The position numbers and the translations under genes were made by a program. The notes under the pieces are model-generated. The model was not told where the DNA came from and did no database searches. It saw only the letters and a program-made list of their open reading frames with translations. A DNA stretch of 64,000 bases from an uncultured Alphaproteobacteria bacterium (lineage in GTDB: Bacteria > Pseudomonadota > Alphaproteobacteria > SP197). The stretch is taken from NCBI GenBank assembly GCA_943787175.1, contig CALSLK010000021.1, positions 9,482 to 73,481 on the forward strand, written 5' to 3'. Below are positions 22,497-31,937 of this stretch, piece by piece (the first letter of the stretch is position 1; every line of letters begins with the position of its first letter).

Positions 22497-23201
22497 TTAC
22501 CCCCCCAGGAACGAGCGGCGGACTTCTGGATTGGCCAGCAGGGCAGCTCCCGTATCCGTAAACCGGTTCTCACCGGTCACCAGAACGTATCCGGTGTTGG
22601 CAATCTCGAGTGCCTGGGCCGCGTTCTGCTCCACCATCAGCACAGCAACGCCGGTGCGTCCCACTTCAATGATGCGATCGAACAACTCGTCCATCACGAT
22701 GGGAGAAACGCCTGCCGTGGGTTCATCCAGCATCAGGACACGGGGCTCGGTCATCAGGGCGCGCCCAAAGGCCACCTGTTGACGCTGGCCGCCTGATAAC
22801 TCCCCGGCCGCCTGGCGGCGCTTTTCCTTCAGGATTGGAAACAGATCATAGATCTGTTCCATCGTTCCGCTGAAGTCATCGGTGCGCAGATAGGCACCCA
22901 TCTCCAGATTCTCTTCGACTGTCATGCCCGAAAAGACATTGTTGGTCTGGGGCACAAAGGCCATGCCCTCTTTCACGCGAGCTTGGGGTGAAAGGGCAGT
23001 GATGTCCTTGCCGTCGAGAACCACCCTGCCCTCACGTAGATTCAGCATACCGAACACGGCCTTCATCGCGGTTGATTTTCCAGCTCCGTTCGGCCCGACA
23101 ATGACGGCAATCTCACCGGCATCCACAGCCACCGTGCAGCCCTGCAGGATATCTGCGCCGCCATAGCCGCCGACCATGTTTTCACCCAGCAGAATACTCA
23201 T
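22497..23201 (-). CDS. livF: ABC ATPase (LivF-like)
   Basis: GPNGAGKS, LSGGQRQ, LDEP, VEQN. Confidence 0.92.
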   Translation of the reverse strand: MSILLGENMVGGYGGADILQGCTVAVDAGEIAVIVGPNGAGKSTAMKAVFGMLNLREGRVVLDGKDITALSPQARVKEGMAFVPQTNNVFSGMTVEENLEMGAYLRTDDFSGTMEQIYDLFPILKEKRRQAAGELSGGQRQQVAFGRALMTEPRVLMLDEPTAGVSPIVMDELFDRIIEVGRTGVAVLMVEQNAAQALEIANTGYVLVTGENRFTDTGAALLANPEVRRSFLGG

Positions 23202-23980
23202 TGCTCGGCTACCGCGAGCTGTTTGCGGCCACGCCCCAGATAGGCCTCGATCACACGTTCATCGTTACGCACGACGTCGCATGTGCCTTGCGTGAGAAGC
23301 TTGCCCTCGGCCATGACGATGACATGGCTGCACAGACGAGAAATGAAATCCATGTCGTGCTCGATCATGCAGAAGGTGTAACCACGCTCCTTGTTGAGAC
23401 GCACGATTGCCTCGCCAATCGTCTTGAGCAGTGTGCGGTTCACACCAGCGCCAACTTCATCGAGAAACACGATCTTGGCATCGACCATCATCGTGCGGCC
23501 AAGCTCCAAAAGTTTCTTCTGACCTCCGGAAAGATTGCCTGCCAGTTCGTTCGCGACAGCTGAAAGATTCAGGAATTCGATTACCTCATCAGCACGTTCA
23601 CGCAGTTGCGCTTCCTGCTCGCGCACGGCGGACGGACGGAACCAGGCTTGAAGAAGGTTCTCTCCAGACTGGTCGCCTGGAACCATCATCAGGTTCTCGC
23701 GAACATTCAGGTTCGGGAACTCATGAGCGATCTGGAACGTGCGCAACAGGCCCTTGTGAAACAGCTCGTGTGGTTTCAGGCCGGTGATGTCGACATCACC
23801 AAGGAACACCTGGCCGGAATTGGGCGGAAACAATCCGGCGACAACATTAAAGAGCGTGGTCTTGCCTGCGCCATTGGGACCGATCAGTCCGGTAATGGCA
23901 CCTTCAGCAATCTCGAGACTCACGCCATCGACGGCGCGCAAGCCACCAAACCGTTTATGAAGATTGACAACACGGATCAT
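23198..23980 (-). CDS. livG: ABC ATPase (LivG-like)
   Basis: FGGLRAV, GPNGAGKT, RTFQ, LSGGQ, IEHDM, VIEAYLG. Confidence 0.92.
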   Translation of the reverse strand: MIRVVNLHKRFGGLRAVDGVSLEIAEGAITGLIGPNGAGKTTLFNVVAGLFPPNSGQVFLGDVDITGLKPHELFHKGLLRTFQIAHEFPNLNVRENLMMVPGDQSGENLLQAWFRPSAVREQEAQLRERADEVIEFLNLSAVANELAGNLSGGQKKLLELGRTMMVDAKIVFLDEVGAGVNRTLLKTIGEAIVRLNKERGYTFCMIEHDMDFISRLCSHVIVMAEGKLLTQGTCDVVRNDERVIEAYLGRGRKQLAVAEQ

Positions 23981-24010
23981 GCGGTTGCGATGGGACCAAT
24001 TGAGATGATG

Positions 24011-24053
24011 AAAAAGAAAAGGCCCGGCATTCAATTCAACGAATGCCGGGCCT
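24011..24053 (-). terminator. Intra-operon terminator/stabilising hairpin after the binding-protein gene
   Basis: GGCCCGGCATTC-8nt-GAATGCCGGGCC with a U-tract on the minus strand. Confidence 0.75.
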
Positions 24054-24067
24054 CATTTCACGTTCGC

Positions 24068-25273
24068 TCAGCGAACCTGCATTGTGACAAATGCGCCGTC
24101 CTGAACTTCCAGCTCCTTGTAGGAACCAGCAGCTTCACCGACATCGGTCAGCTCAACACTGGTTGCTCCGACATAGTCAACTTCACCACCATCAGCCAGA
24201 ATCTGCAGGCCTTCGGCCAGGTTGCCCGGACCAATCGGCGTGCCTGGTGCATTGGCAACATTCATGATCTGGGCCTGGATCGCTTCCCGGTCCGTTGAAC
24301 CGGCAGCCTGCATGGCCAGAGCAATCAGGGCTGCTGCGTCATAGGACTCACCGCAGAACGGGCAGTCCCCTGCCAGGCCATTGTCCTGAGCATAGGACAC
24401 GAAATCGGCTGACTCCTGGCTCTCGGAACCCGGCAAGGTTCCAATCGTGCCATTGAGGTCAGGACCGATTGATTCGATGAGCGACTCACCAATCATGCCG
24501 TCGGCAAGAACGAAGCTGTCAAAGGCGCCCGTATCCAGAGAGGTCTGAATGATGCCCTTGCCGCCCTGATCGACATAACCGAATACAGCAAGATGATCAG
24601 CGCCGGCAGCAGCCAGCGCTGCAACTTCAGCGGAGTAATCGGCCTTACCGTCTTCATGGGCTGCAACCACCAGGACCGAACCACCCTTGGCTTCATAAGC
24701 AGCCTGGAACGCGTCCGAAAGACCCTTGCCGTAGTCGTTGTTCGTGTAGGTGATAGCAATTTCCATGATGCCGCGGTCTGTCAGGACATCAGCCAGAACT
24801 TCACCCTGACGTGCATCAGAAGGCGCAGTACGGAAAAAGTAGCCGTTATCTTCGATGGTCGTCAGTGCCGGCGATGTAGCCGACGGCGAAACCATCACAA
24901 CGCCGTTGGGTACTGCCGTATTGTTGGCAATCGCTGTCGTTACCCCAGAGCAGTCAGCGCCCATGATCGCGACAACACCGTCGGATGTAATCAAACGCTC
25001 TGCCGCTGATGTTGCTGCAGCCGAGTCGATGCATGTTGAGTCGCCGCGCACTGGGGTCAACGTTGTTCCGCCCAGAAGAATTCCAGAATCGGACGCTTCC
25101 TTCAGCGCGAGCTCTGCCGAAGCCGCCATATCAGGCGTCAATGATTCAATCGGGCCCGTAAAGCCCAGAATAATGCCGACCTTTGCATCGTCAGCCATCG
25201 CCGAACCCATGGTCAGGCCAAATGCTGCGACGGATGCCATCAAGGTGGTCTTGATCGTCTTCACGTGTTTCAT
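24068..25273 (-). CDS. ABC substrate-binding protein (LivK/LivJ-like)
   Basis: Signal peptide, FTGP, SPSATSPALT, FFRTAPSDARQG, NNDYG, YDAA. Confidence 0.92.
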   Translation of the reverse strand: MKHVKTIKTTLMASVAAFGLTMGSAMADDAKVGIILGFTGPIESLTPDMAASAELALKEASDSGILLGGTTLTPVRGDSTCIDSAAATSAAERLITSDGVVAIMGADCSGVTTAIANNTAVPNGVVMVSPSATSPALTTIEDNGYFFRTAPSDARQGEVLADVLTDRGIMEIAITYTNNDYGKGLSDAFQAAYEAKGGSVLVVAAHEDGKADYSAEVAALAAAGADHLAVFGYVDQGGKGIIQTSLDTGAFDSFVLADGMIGESLIESIGPDLNGTIGTLPGSESQESADFVSYAQDNGLAGDCPFCGESYDAAALIALAMQAAGSTDREAIQAQIMNVANAPGTPIGPGNLAEGLQILADGGEVDYVGATSVELTDVGEAAGSYKELEVQDGAFVTMQVR

Positions 25274-25317
25274 GTTTGCCCTCAATTGTTTTTTGCCCCA
25301 CGCAAATTCGACGTCAC

Positions 25318-25330
25318 TGCGCCCTGCAGG
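25318..25330. repeat. 13-bp direct repeat of the tRNA-Arg(TCT) 3' end (putative att remnant)
   Basis: TGCGCCCTGCAGG is identical to 28856-28868, the last 13 nt of the tRNA before CCA. Confidence 0.5.
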
Positions 25331-25412
25331 GGTTGATTTAGTTTAGTCACGACACAATCGCCTGTGCAAAGGAAAACTGGGCGTTTCCGGGCAGGTCCAA
25401 CCTGTTTTGGTC

Positions 25413-26333
25413 TCAACGTCCAAGTGTTGAAAGCACGCGGATATGGTCCAGCCCAAGGCCGCAACAGCCTCCGAAAATCTGCACGCCCTGCTCCCGCCAG
25501 AGCTGCGCCTGCTCTTTGAGGTCATCGGGATCAATGATGTCGGTGAATTGCCATTGCGGCATCTTGAAGAAACCGGAATCAGGATAGGCCATCATCGGGC
25601 CCGACCATTGTTTTCTTAGAATGTTGAGCGCAGGTGCCGTTGCATTCACGTTCGTATGCATCAGGCCAAAAACATCACAGGGTGCGGCGAGCGCTGCAGC
25701 CACACTCTCCTCGAACGGGAAACCCTCCCATGCATAGCTCAAGACTCTGTCTTCCTCCATACGTGCACTCAAACCACACCAGACCGGAAGCCCAACTTCA
25801 TGGGCCGCACGCGTCGCCAAAGCGATATGGAGTGGCCGGGACATCATCTCCAACATGACCATATCTGCACCGGCCTGGGCACCGGCCTCAACGATCTCCC
25901 GGAAGTTGGAGAGGACCTGATCCGGCGCAGGTCGAAGTTCGGGGTCATCCCTTGCGGCGCCTGGAACCATCGGCATCTGGTGCGAAAGGGACACCGCCAC
26001 AGCCACATCACGCCCCCCTGCCGCCCGGTCTCTTGCCTTGAGCGCGATCTCGACAGCCTGACGTGTGAGTTGGCCAGACTTCTGGCCTGCTCCAGCTTGC
26101 TCGAGCATATGGCGCGCGTTGGAGAATGAGTTTGCTGTAATCACATCGGAACCTGCGCGGATGTAATCCTCGTGAATACCCAGAAGAATGTCAGGATCTG
26201 TCCCCGTTGCCAGGGCGCACCAGGCGCCGCCGCTCATCGTGGCCCCGCGCCGTTCAAGCTCCGTTCCCGTTCCGCCGTCAAGCAAGAGAGTTCCCCCCGC
26301 CTCAAGACGATTTTTCAATGCCTGCATCACCAT
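25413..26333 (-). CDS. Homocysteine S-methyltransferase family protein
   Basis: LLDGGTGTELERRG, HEDYIRAG, YPDSG, GGCCG. Confidence 0.92.
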   Translation of the reverse strand: MVMQALKNRLEAGGTLLLDGGTGTELERRGATMSGGAWCALATGTDPDILLGIHEDYIRAGSDVITANSFSNARHMLEQAGAGQKSGQLTRQAVEIALKARDRAAGGRDVAVAVSLSHQMPMVPGAARDDPELRPAPDQVLSNFREIVEAGAQAGADMVMLEMMSRPLHIALATRAAHEVGLPVWCGLSARMEEDRVLSYAWEGFPFEESVAAALAAPCDVFGLMHTNVNATAPALNILRKQWSGPMMAYPDSGFFKMPQWQFTDIIDPDDLKEQAQLWREQGVQIFGGCCGLGLDHIRVLSTLGR

Positions 26334-26476
26334 TCACCCGTCTCCTTGTCGTCAATTCAGCTTGCGCCAGACATTACAGCGACTTCACAAGCGTGAAAGC
26401 AGGATTTGCAGCGGTTGACCCACAGCAGCGAAGCCCTAATGTGCATCCCTTCACTGGGAGGAATTGGGAGAAAACC

Positions 26477-27565
26477 ATGACCCGTCAAATGATGACTTCA
26501 CGTCGGACGCTGCTGGGAGCATCGGCCGCTGCAACAGGTGTACTTGCTGCACCGAATGTTCTTCGTCGCGCCTGGGCCGCAGAACCCATCAGGGTTTCGT
26601 CCTATGGCGGTTACTTTGAGGACAGCCTCAAGTCCTATGCCTATCCGGAATTCACCAAGGCTACTGGCATCGAAATCGAGTCCGTGTCGCAGGCTGGCGG
26701 TTTCGAATGGTTCGTGAACCTGAAAAGCAGCATTGCCGCTGGAACGCCTGCTGTGGATGTGACCATGGGCGGCTACGGCTCCATGCTTCGTGCACCGGAA
26801 ATCATGGTTCCCGTCGACACGTCCAAGGTTCCCAACCTTGAGAACGTCCCCGAGTACCTGATCCTTCGCAATGAAGCCGGTGTGCCCCTGAACGTCCCTG
26901 TTCTGGCCTGGTACGCCACGCTTGTCACGAACAAGGAAATCTGGACAGAAGCGCCCACAAGTTGGGGTGACGCCTGGGATTCCAAGTTCAACGGTGAGTT
27001 GGGTTGGGGCAAGAATGCCGATAGCAGCTATATCATCGACATCGTTGCCAAGACCTTCTTCGGCGGCAACGAAATCATGGCGACCGACGATGGCTTGATG
27101 GAATGCATGCAGAAAGCTGCGGAACTCAAGGACAATGTCCGCCTGTGGTTCCGTGATGAAGGCCAGTTCCAGGCCATGTTGCAGTCTGGTGAACTGACTG
27201 GTGGTCAGTATTATCACGACGTGACGCAGGTCATGATTCTGGACGGTTTCCCCATGCGTTCGACCTTCCCCAAGGAAGGCGGTGTCATCGACTTTGGCTC
27301 GTGGGGCATGGTCACCGGCACAGAGAAGGTTGATGTCTGCCAGGAATTCATGAACTGGTCGGTTTCACCTGAGGCCCAGACCGTGATCACCGACAACGTC
27401 TGGACCGCACCGGTTCTGCCGCGTGACATGCTGCCGAACCTTACGGACGAAGCGTTCAACCGTGCCTCCAGTACGGTCGAGCCTATCGTTCCGAATTATC
27501 AGGTCTATGTCGACAAGGGCGATTGGATCAGCGAGCGCTGGGACGAGTTGCTGCTCGACGTCTGA
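26477..27565 (+). CDS. Tat-exported ABC substrate-binding protein (PotD/PotF-like cluster)
   Basis: SRRTLLG Tat motif, SYGG, PTSWGDAW, PKEGG; no cognate permease adjacent. Confidence 0.85.
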   Translation: MTRQMMTSRRTLLGASAAATGVLAAPNVLRRAWAAEPIRVSSYGGYFEDSLKSYAYPEFTKATGIEIESVSQAGGFEWFVNLKSSIAAGTPAVDVTMGGYGSMLRAPEIMVPVDTSKVPNLENVPEYLILRNEAGVPLNVPVLAWYATLVTNKEIWTEAPTSWGDAWDSKFNGELGWGKNADSSYIIDIVAKTFFGGNEIMATDDGLMECMQKAAELKDNVRLWFRDEGQFQAMLQSGELTGGQYYHDVTQVMILDGFPMRSTFPKEGGVIDFGSWGMVTGTEKVDVCQEFMNWSVSPEAQTVITDNVWTAPVLPRDMLPNLTDEAFNRASSTVEPIVPNYQVYVDKGDWISERWDELLLDV

Positions 27566-27586
27566 GCAACCGTTCTCGATTTGAAG

Positions 27587-27620
27587 AAGGGCCGAAGCAT
27601 CATGCTTCGGCCCTTTTTTT
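27587..27620 (+). terminator. Intrinsic terminator
   Basis: AAGGGCCGAAGCAT-C-ATGCTTCGGCCC-TTTTTTT. Confidence 0.9.
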
Positions 27621-27727
27621 GTTCGACAGCCAACAACTGGAAAAACACCCAAAAGCCAGGACGGACAGTAATCCAGTTGACTCTCTGCTCGCGCGGCACA
27701 GACTGACTTTGAACTTCAACGCATGAC

Positions 27728-28828
27728 GTGACCTTTCGGAGCCAGAAAATGGCCATAGCATTCCATCCCATCGAGGTGTGTGCCGCCCATCAACCCTTTG
27801 CGGAATGTCGCGGCATCAGTCTTGCCGATGAGTTGAACAACGATGCAATCTCGGCCGTCCGGGAGGGACTCCTCAAACACGGCCTTCTGGTCTTCCGTAA
27901 TCAGGGGGCCATGACGCCAGCACAGGAAATTGCCTTCAACACGGCATTTGGCTGGCATGATCCTGACCAGAATGATTTCCTCTTCGGGTTTGGTGCACCG
28001 ACCACCGAACATCGCGTCAGCGGCGGTGCGCAGATTCCAGACCTGCCGGAGGTCTCGGTTCTGGGCAACGTCCTGCTCGATAACTACCACGGCATCACCA
28101 ACACACAGTTGAAACCGGTTCTGGGATTCACACATTCGGCCTGGCATGCCGACGGCCTGCACGACATGTTCGATGGCCTGCCCGAGATGACCACGATGTT
28201 CAATCCCGTGGGCTGGCAAACGCGCGGCGGTGGCGCGACCTATTTCACTTCAGGCGTCCTTGCCGTCGAACGTATGGATCGCGATGTCCTGGAGGAGCTT
28301 CGCCAGTGTGTTGTCGCATATGTACGATCCCCCAACGACGAGGCCCCTGACGACACGCGGCGTGTTATTCCAGGCTCATCTCGCATGACTGACGAAGGCA
28401 CGCGCCGCATTGGGTTCTCCACCAGCAATGATGACCCTGCCGCTCCACTCCATGATTTTGAGTTCAAGGTTGAGCACGCAGATGGCGGAGGTCGCCATGC
28501 TCCCATTCGCCGTCATCCGGCCACGGGACAAGAGGCGCTCTACGTCACGCCAAGCCAGGCAGTGTGCCTGCTGGACGCCGAGACCGGCGCCCTCCGCCAT
28601 GAGGTCAAGGAAACCATCGATTTACTGGCGCGCGCCCTCCGTCCCAGCGTCGGGCCAGAAATCAGATACGAGCACAACTGGCGTGAAGGTGATTTCGTCG
28701 CCTGGCTGAACACTCTGGTGCTCCACAGCGCATCAGATCCGTCTGAAATTGACGGACCACGTCTGATGCATCGGGTACGCCTGTCATCGCCCAGAAGACG
28801 CGAACGGGAAAACGATGGACGAGGATAG
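27728..28828 (+). CDS. TauD/TfdA family Fe(II)/2-oxoglutarate dioxygenase
   Basis: HGLLVFRNQ, WHADG, HPATGQEALYV, HNWREGDFVAWLN..VLHSA, RLMHR. Confidence 0.88.
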   Translation: MTFRSQKMAIAFHPIEVCAAHQPFAECRGISLADELNNDAISAVREGLLKHGLLVFRNQGAMTPAQEIAFNTAFGWHDPDQNDFLFGFGAPTTEHRVSGGAQIPDLPEVSVLGNVLLDNYHGITNTQLKPVLGFTHSAWHADGLHDMFDGLPEMTTMFNPVGWQTRGGGATYFTSGVLAVERMDRDVLEELRQCVVAYVRSPNDEAPDDTRRVIPGSSRMTDEGTRRIGFSTSNDDPAAPLHDFEFKVEHADGGGRHAPIRRHPATGQEALYVTPSQAVCLLDAETGALRHEVKETIDLLARALRPSVGPEIRYEHNWREGDFVAWLNTLVLHSASDPSEIDGPRLMHRVRLSSPRRRERENDGRG

Positions 28829-28852
28829 GACCAACGGATCACGTTCAGGGAA

Positions 28853-28929
28853 TGGTGCGCCCTGCAGGATTCGAACCTGCGACCTGCGGCTTAGAAGGCC
28901 GCTGCTCTATCCGGCTGAGCTAAGGGCGC
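28853..28929 (-). tRNA. tRNA-Arg(TCT)
   Basis: GCGCCCTTAGCTCAGCCGGATAGAGC, GCGGC-CT-TCT-AA-GCCGC, GGTTCGAATCC, CCA. Confidence 0.97.
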
Positions 28930-28939
28930 TAAACAGGAG

Positions 28940-29236
28940 TCAGCCTGGTCTCTGCCAACGGAAGTTGTCGGCATAGGACTTGGGCACGATGCGCCGGGCC
29001 TGGTTTTCCATGACGCGATAGGCAATGCCGTTGCGTTCGGCGTAGGCAACTGCTTCCTCACGCGTCTCGAACGTCAGGCGCAACTCATCAGCCTTCATTT
29101 CAGACGAACCAGTCCAACCCATCAGCGGGTCAGCCGTCTTGGCCGTCTTTGGAAGGTGTTCAAGAATCCAGCGATGGGTCTTGGCACGGCCCGACTGCAT
29201 GGCTGTCTTGGCTGGGCAGTAGATGCGCGCGGTCAT
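28940..29236 (-). CDS. ETC complex I subunit (NDUFS4-like)
   Basis: ARIYCPAKTAMQSG, DPLMGWT, FETREEAVAYA, SYADNF; conserved between tRNA-Pro and tRNA-Arg. Confidence 0.93.
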   Translation of the reverse strand: MTARIYCPAKTAMQSGRAKTHRWILEHLPKTAKTADPLMGWTGSSEMKADELRLTFETREEAVAYAERNGIAYRVMENQARRIVPKSYADNFRWQRPG

Positions 29237-29314
29237 GAGCGGTCCCCGGACTTGAAAACTGATCTTCTGTCTATAGGCCCGGATGTGCCCGTGGCACAAG
29301 TCTGGCTTCAATGA

Positions 29315-29391
29315 TGGTCGGGGCGCCAAGATTCGAACTTGGGACCCCCTGCTCCCAAAGCAGGTGCGCTACCAGGCTGCGCTACGCCCCG
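29315..29391 (-). tRNA. tRNA-Pro(TGG)
   Basis: CGGGGCGTAGCGCAGCCTGGTAGCGC, CCTGC-TT-TGG-GA-GCAGG, AGTTCGAATCT, CCA. Confidence 0.97.
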
Positions 29392-29452
29392 ACGGCAGCG
29401 TTGTGACGGCATGCAGGCCTTGCGTCAACCATGCGATCCCGTCACGAGGCCA

Positions 29453-30259
29453 TTAACTCGGGCTGGAATCGTCCTGGTTCGGGTTCTCAAGAAGTTCCAG
29501 CAACTCCTCGATCGCATCCTGGACCGCCTCTTCCTCCACCGTACCCAAATCATCGGTGAAGTTGGCACCTGTGGCATTCTCGAGGGCGGTAGCGACATTG
29601 CCAAACGCGGCCTGGATTGCCGCAGCATCCAGCGGCGTCGGCACGCCACCGACGGTCGCCGTTCCAGCTGCGGTAAGTGTGCTTTCGATCCCACCACTGG
29701 TTACAGTCACCGTGCCAACCGTGCCATCGGGGTTGATGCCCAGCGAGATGATTTCACCCTGCGTCCCGGAGGCCGTCACCAGAAAACCACCATTGGGTTG
29801 TCTGGTAACAGACGTGAACGTGTTGATCAGCACCGCTGTGCCGCGGATACCGATGGTCGATACCGGCGTGGTGACCGTCATGTCACCGGTTTTTACAATA
29901 TCGCCAGAAACCAGGCCCATCAGGCCACCAGCGAGATCGAACGAGGCGACACTGTTCTGGCCATCGGGGTCATAGACCAGTTCGTCGATAATGAGGGCGG
30001 ATTCCGCACCCAGCGTGAGAACCGTGTTATCGACAAAGGTGATGGTTGCTTCGCCACCAAACCCGACAAAAACCGTGTCGTGCTGAAAGACGGAGGTGCC
30101 CACACCAGCGGGCACTTCTTCGCCCCCCGCCCGGGTCACGATGATTTCGCCAACGCCCTGCGTGATGCTTCCCACGCTCTCCTGCGCCAAGGCCGAGGCA
30201 ACCGGACCTGCGAACAGAAAAAAAACAGCAAAAACGACGAGTTTCCGGGCAAAATTCAT
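29453..30259 (-). CDS. Exported FecR-domain protein
   Basis: Signal peptide, FVDNTVLTLG, IDELVYDP, VTTPVSTIGIRGT. Confidence 0.82.
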   Translation of the reverse strand: MNFARKLVVFAVFFLFAGPVASALAQESVGSITQGVGEIIVTRAGGEEVPAGVGTSVFQHDTVFVGFGGEATITFVDNTVLTLGAESALIIDELVYDPDGQNSVASFDLAGGLMGLVSGDIVKTGDMTVTTPVSTIGIRGTAVLINTFTSVTRQPNGGFLVTASGTQGEIISLGINPDGTVGTVTVTSGGIESTLTAAGTATVGGVPTPLDAAAIQAAFGNVATALENATGANFTDDLGTVEEEAVQDAIEELLELLENPNQDDSSPS

Positions 30260-30341
30260 GACTAACCTCAGCTCCTACCGCTTCCACGACTTTGAAATAC
30301 ACCGCAAGACTACATCATAACCTGTTGCAGTAATATGACCT

Positions 30342-30800
30342 CTACAACCCAAAGGCACGGTGGGTCACTCTGTCGCCGGGTTTGATTCCTAGCCTTGCTA
30401 CAGTACCGCCATTGAGTTCCAACACTCCGGCAGCAGGCAGACCCGATGGAATGGGCGTCTCGTCATGTGGAACAGCGTCGTGCGCGATGCTGACAATCAT
30501 GCCCTGGCTGTCGATAAAGATCAGGTCGAGCGGAATGAGCGTGTTCCTCATCCAGAAGCTTCGGGGCGCTTCCCGGTCGAACAGGAAAAGCATGCCAGCA
30601 TTGGGTGCCATTTCCTCGCGGAACATCAGCCCCTGAGCCCGCTGCTGGGGAGTCAGCGCCAATTCCACGATAAACGCATGATGCTGGCCATCAGACGATT
30701 GGACCGTTAGATCATCGGATGCGAAAGTTACCAGCTCATCAGCAGTCGCGGTTCCCCAGCATGAAGCCGCAAGGATCACGAGTACACGGGCGATGAAACG
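30342..30800 (-). CDS. DUF192 family protein (start uncertain)
   Basis: VELA, RAQGLMFR, GMLF, FWMRNTLIPLDLIF, VLELNGG, IKPGD. Confidence 0.9.
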   Translation of the reverse strand, partial: RFIARVLVILAASCWGTATADELVTFASDDLTVQSSDGQHHAFIVELALTPQQRAQGLMFREEMAPNAGMLFLFDREAPRSFWMRNTLIPLDLIFIDSQGMIVSIAHDAVPHDETPIPSGLPAAGVLELNGGTVARLGIKPGDRVTHRAFGL

Positions 30801-31782
30801 TTTTGTGAGACCAGGAGAAGAAGAAGCGCCCGCACAGCGTCCCGGCTTGCGTTGGAATGCCGCCTTCATCCTTGGCGTTACTGGTGCATTGCTGGTCATG
30901 GTGGGCGCGACCCTACCGCAATTGATCTTGCCGGGATACGAAACGACACCTCTGGTTACCATCGATTCTGTTCTCGCATTGCAGTTCGATTCCGGCGCTA
31001 TGGTCATCGTCTTCGCGCTGTTTGCCATCGCCTTTGCCCTGGTCGGAAGATACCGATGGATCATCTTCTGCGCGATCATGATCATCACGTTCCTGACCAC
31101 AGCCCTGCTTTACCAGATTATTGGTATCACCGGCCTTTCAGTCAGCGACCTGATTGACCTCAACAACGGCATCCTTCCGCCAGGCATTGACCCCGCAGCA
31201 CTCCTCAATGTCGTTCCCGCGCTGGAAAATTGGGATTCCGAAGTCGGTCTCATGATAGTTGGCGCCGGCATTGTTCTTCTGGAGCTGGCTCCCTGGATGA
31301 AATGGCTGCGCGGCGGCGGGAAACCGGCACAGGAGCGGGAAGAACCGCATATCGCAGAGCCGGAGCCAGAGCCCGAACCGGTTGTGCCCAACGACCTGCT
31401 GGTCGATGGCATCTACTTTTTTGCAGAAGGGCTTTCGCGTCCCCTGTCATTCAACCTGCTAACGACGACCAACCAGGTCATGGCTTTGCACGTCAACCTG
31501 TTAGCCGCCGGGTATCTTGGCGATACCTATTTTGTACGCTGCCGCGACCTCGATGTTGGCAATTTGCGCGATGTACCCGCACACATGATGAGCGAGATCG
31601 TCGATGTGGAAAGCGGTGAGAAGGTCGACGCAGACGATTTCCTGAACGATCTTGCCCAGGTCGCCTATGAGGTCATCGAAGGGGTTGCCCCCAATGTGTC
31701 CGAACCGGCGCCCGAGTCAGCCAGCGACCAGCCTCAGGAAAACGTGGCTCCTGCCCTGAAAGTTGTCGTCAACGAACCTTGA
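30793..31782 (+). CDS. Hypothetical membrane protein with soluble C-terminal domain
   Basis: 329-aa ORF, about 4 hydrophobic helices, PEPEP linker, acidic tail. Confidence 0.75.
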   Translation: MKRFVRPGEEEAPAQRPGLRWNAAFILGVTGALLVMVGATLPQLILPGYETTPLVTIDSVLALQFDSGAMVIVFALFAIAFALVGRYRWIIFCAIMIITFLTTALLYQIIGITGLSVSDLIDLNNGILPPGIDPAALLNVVPALENWDSEVGLMIVGAGIVLLELAPWMKWLRGGGKPAQEREEPHIAEPEPEPEPVVPNDLLVDGIYFFAEGLSRPLSFNLLTTTNQVMALHVNLLAAGYLGDTYFVRCRDLDVGNLRDVPAHMMSEIVDVESGEKVDADDFLNDLAQVAYEVIEGVAPNVSEPAPESASDQPQENVAPALKVVVNEP

Positions 31783-31937
31783 TCGCCAACATGACTTAGC
31801 CACATGACAACTAATCGCGTGTCGCGCATGGGCTTGCCCGACGCCGCCGCATAGGCATACTCAGGTTTCGTTCATGGCTCAGGGATCCCTGTGATCCGCC
31901 CTGATCGGCTTCCAACACGTGCACCCGCGGGGGTTCC

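Noticed and set aside
21580-22782. 400-aa plus-strand ORF
   Set aside because: Shadow of livH/livF on the opposite strand.
5585-29391. Repeated sequence GCGCTACCAGGCTGCGCTACGC at two loci
   Set aside because: Shared 5' halves of two tRNA-Pro isoacceptors, not an att pair or mobile repeat.
31350-31385. GAGCCG-type short tandem repeat
   Set aside because: Encodes an ordinary EPEPEP linker; degenerate at DNA level, not a contingency locus.
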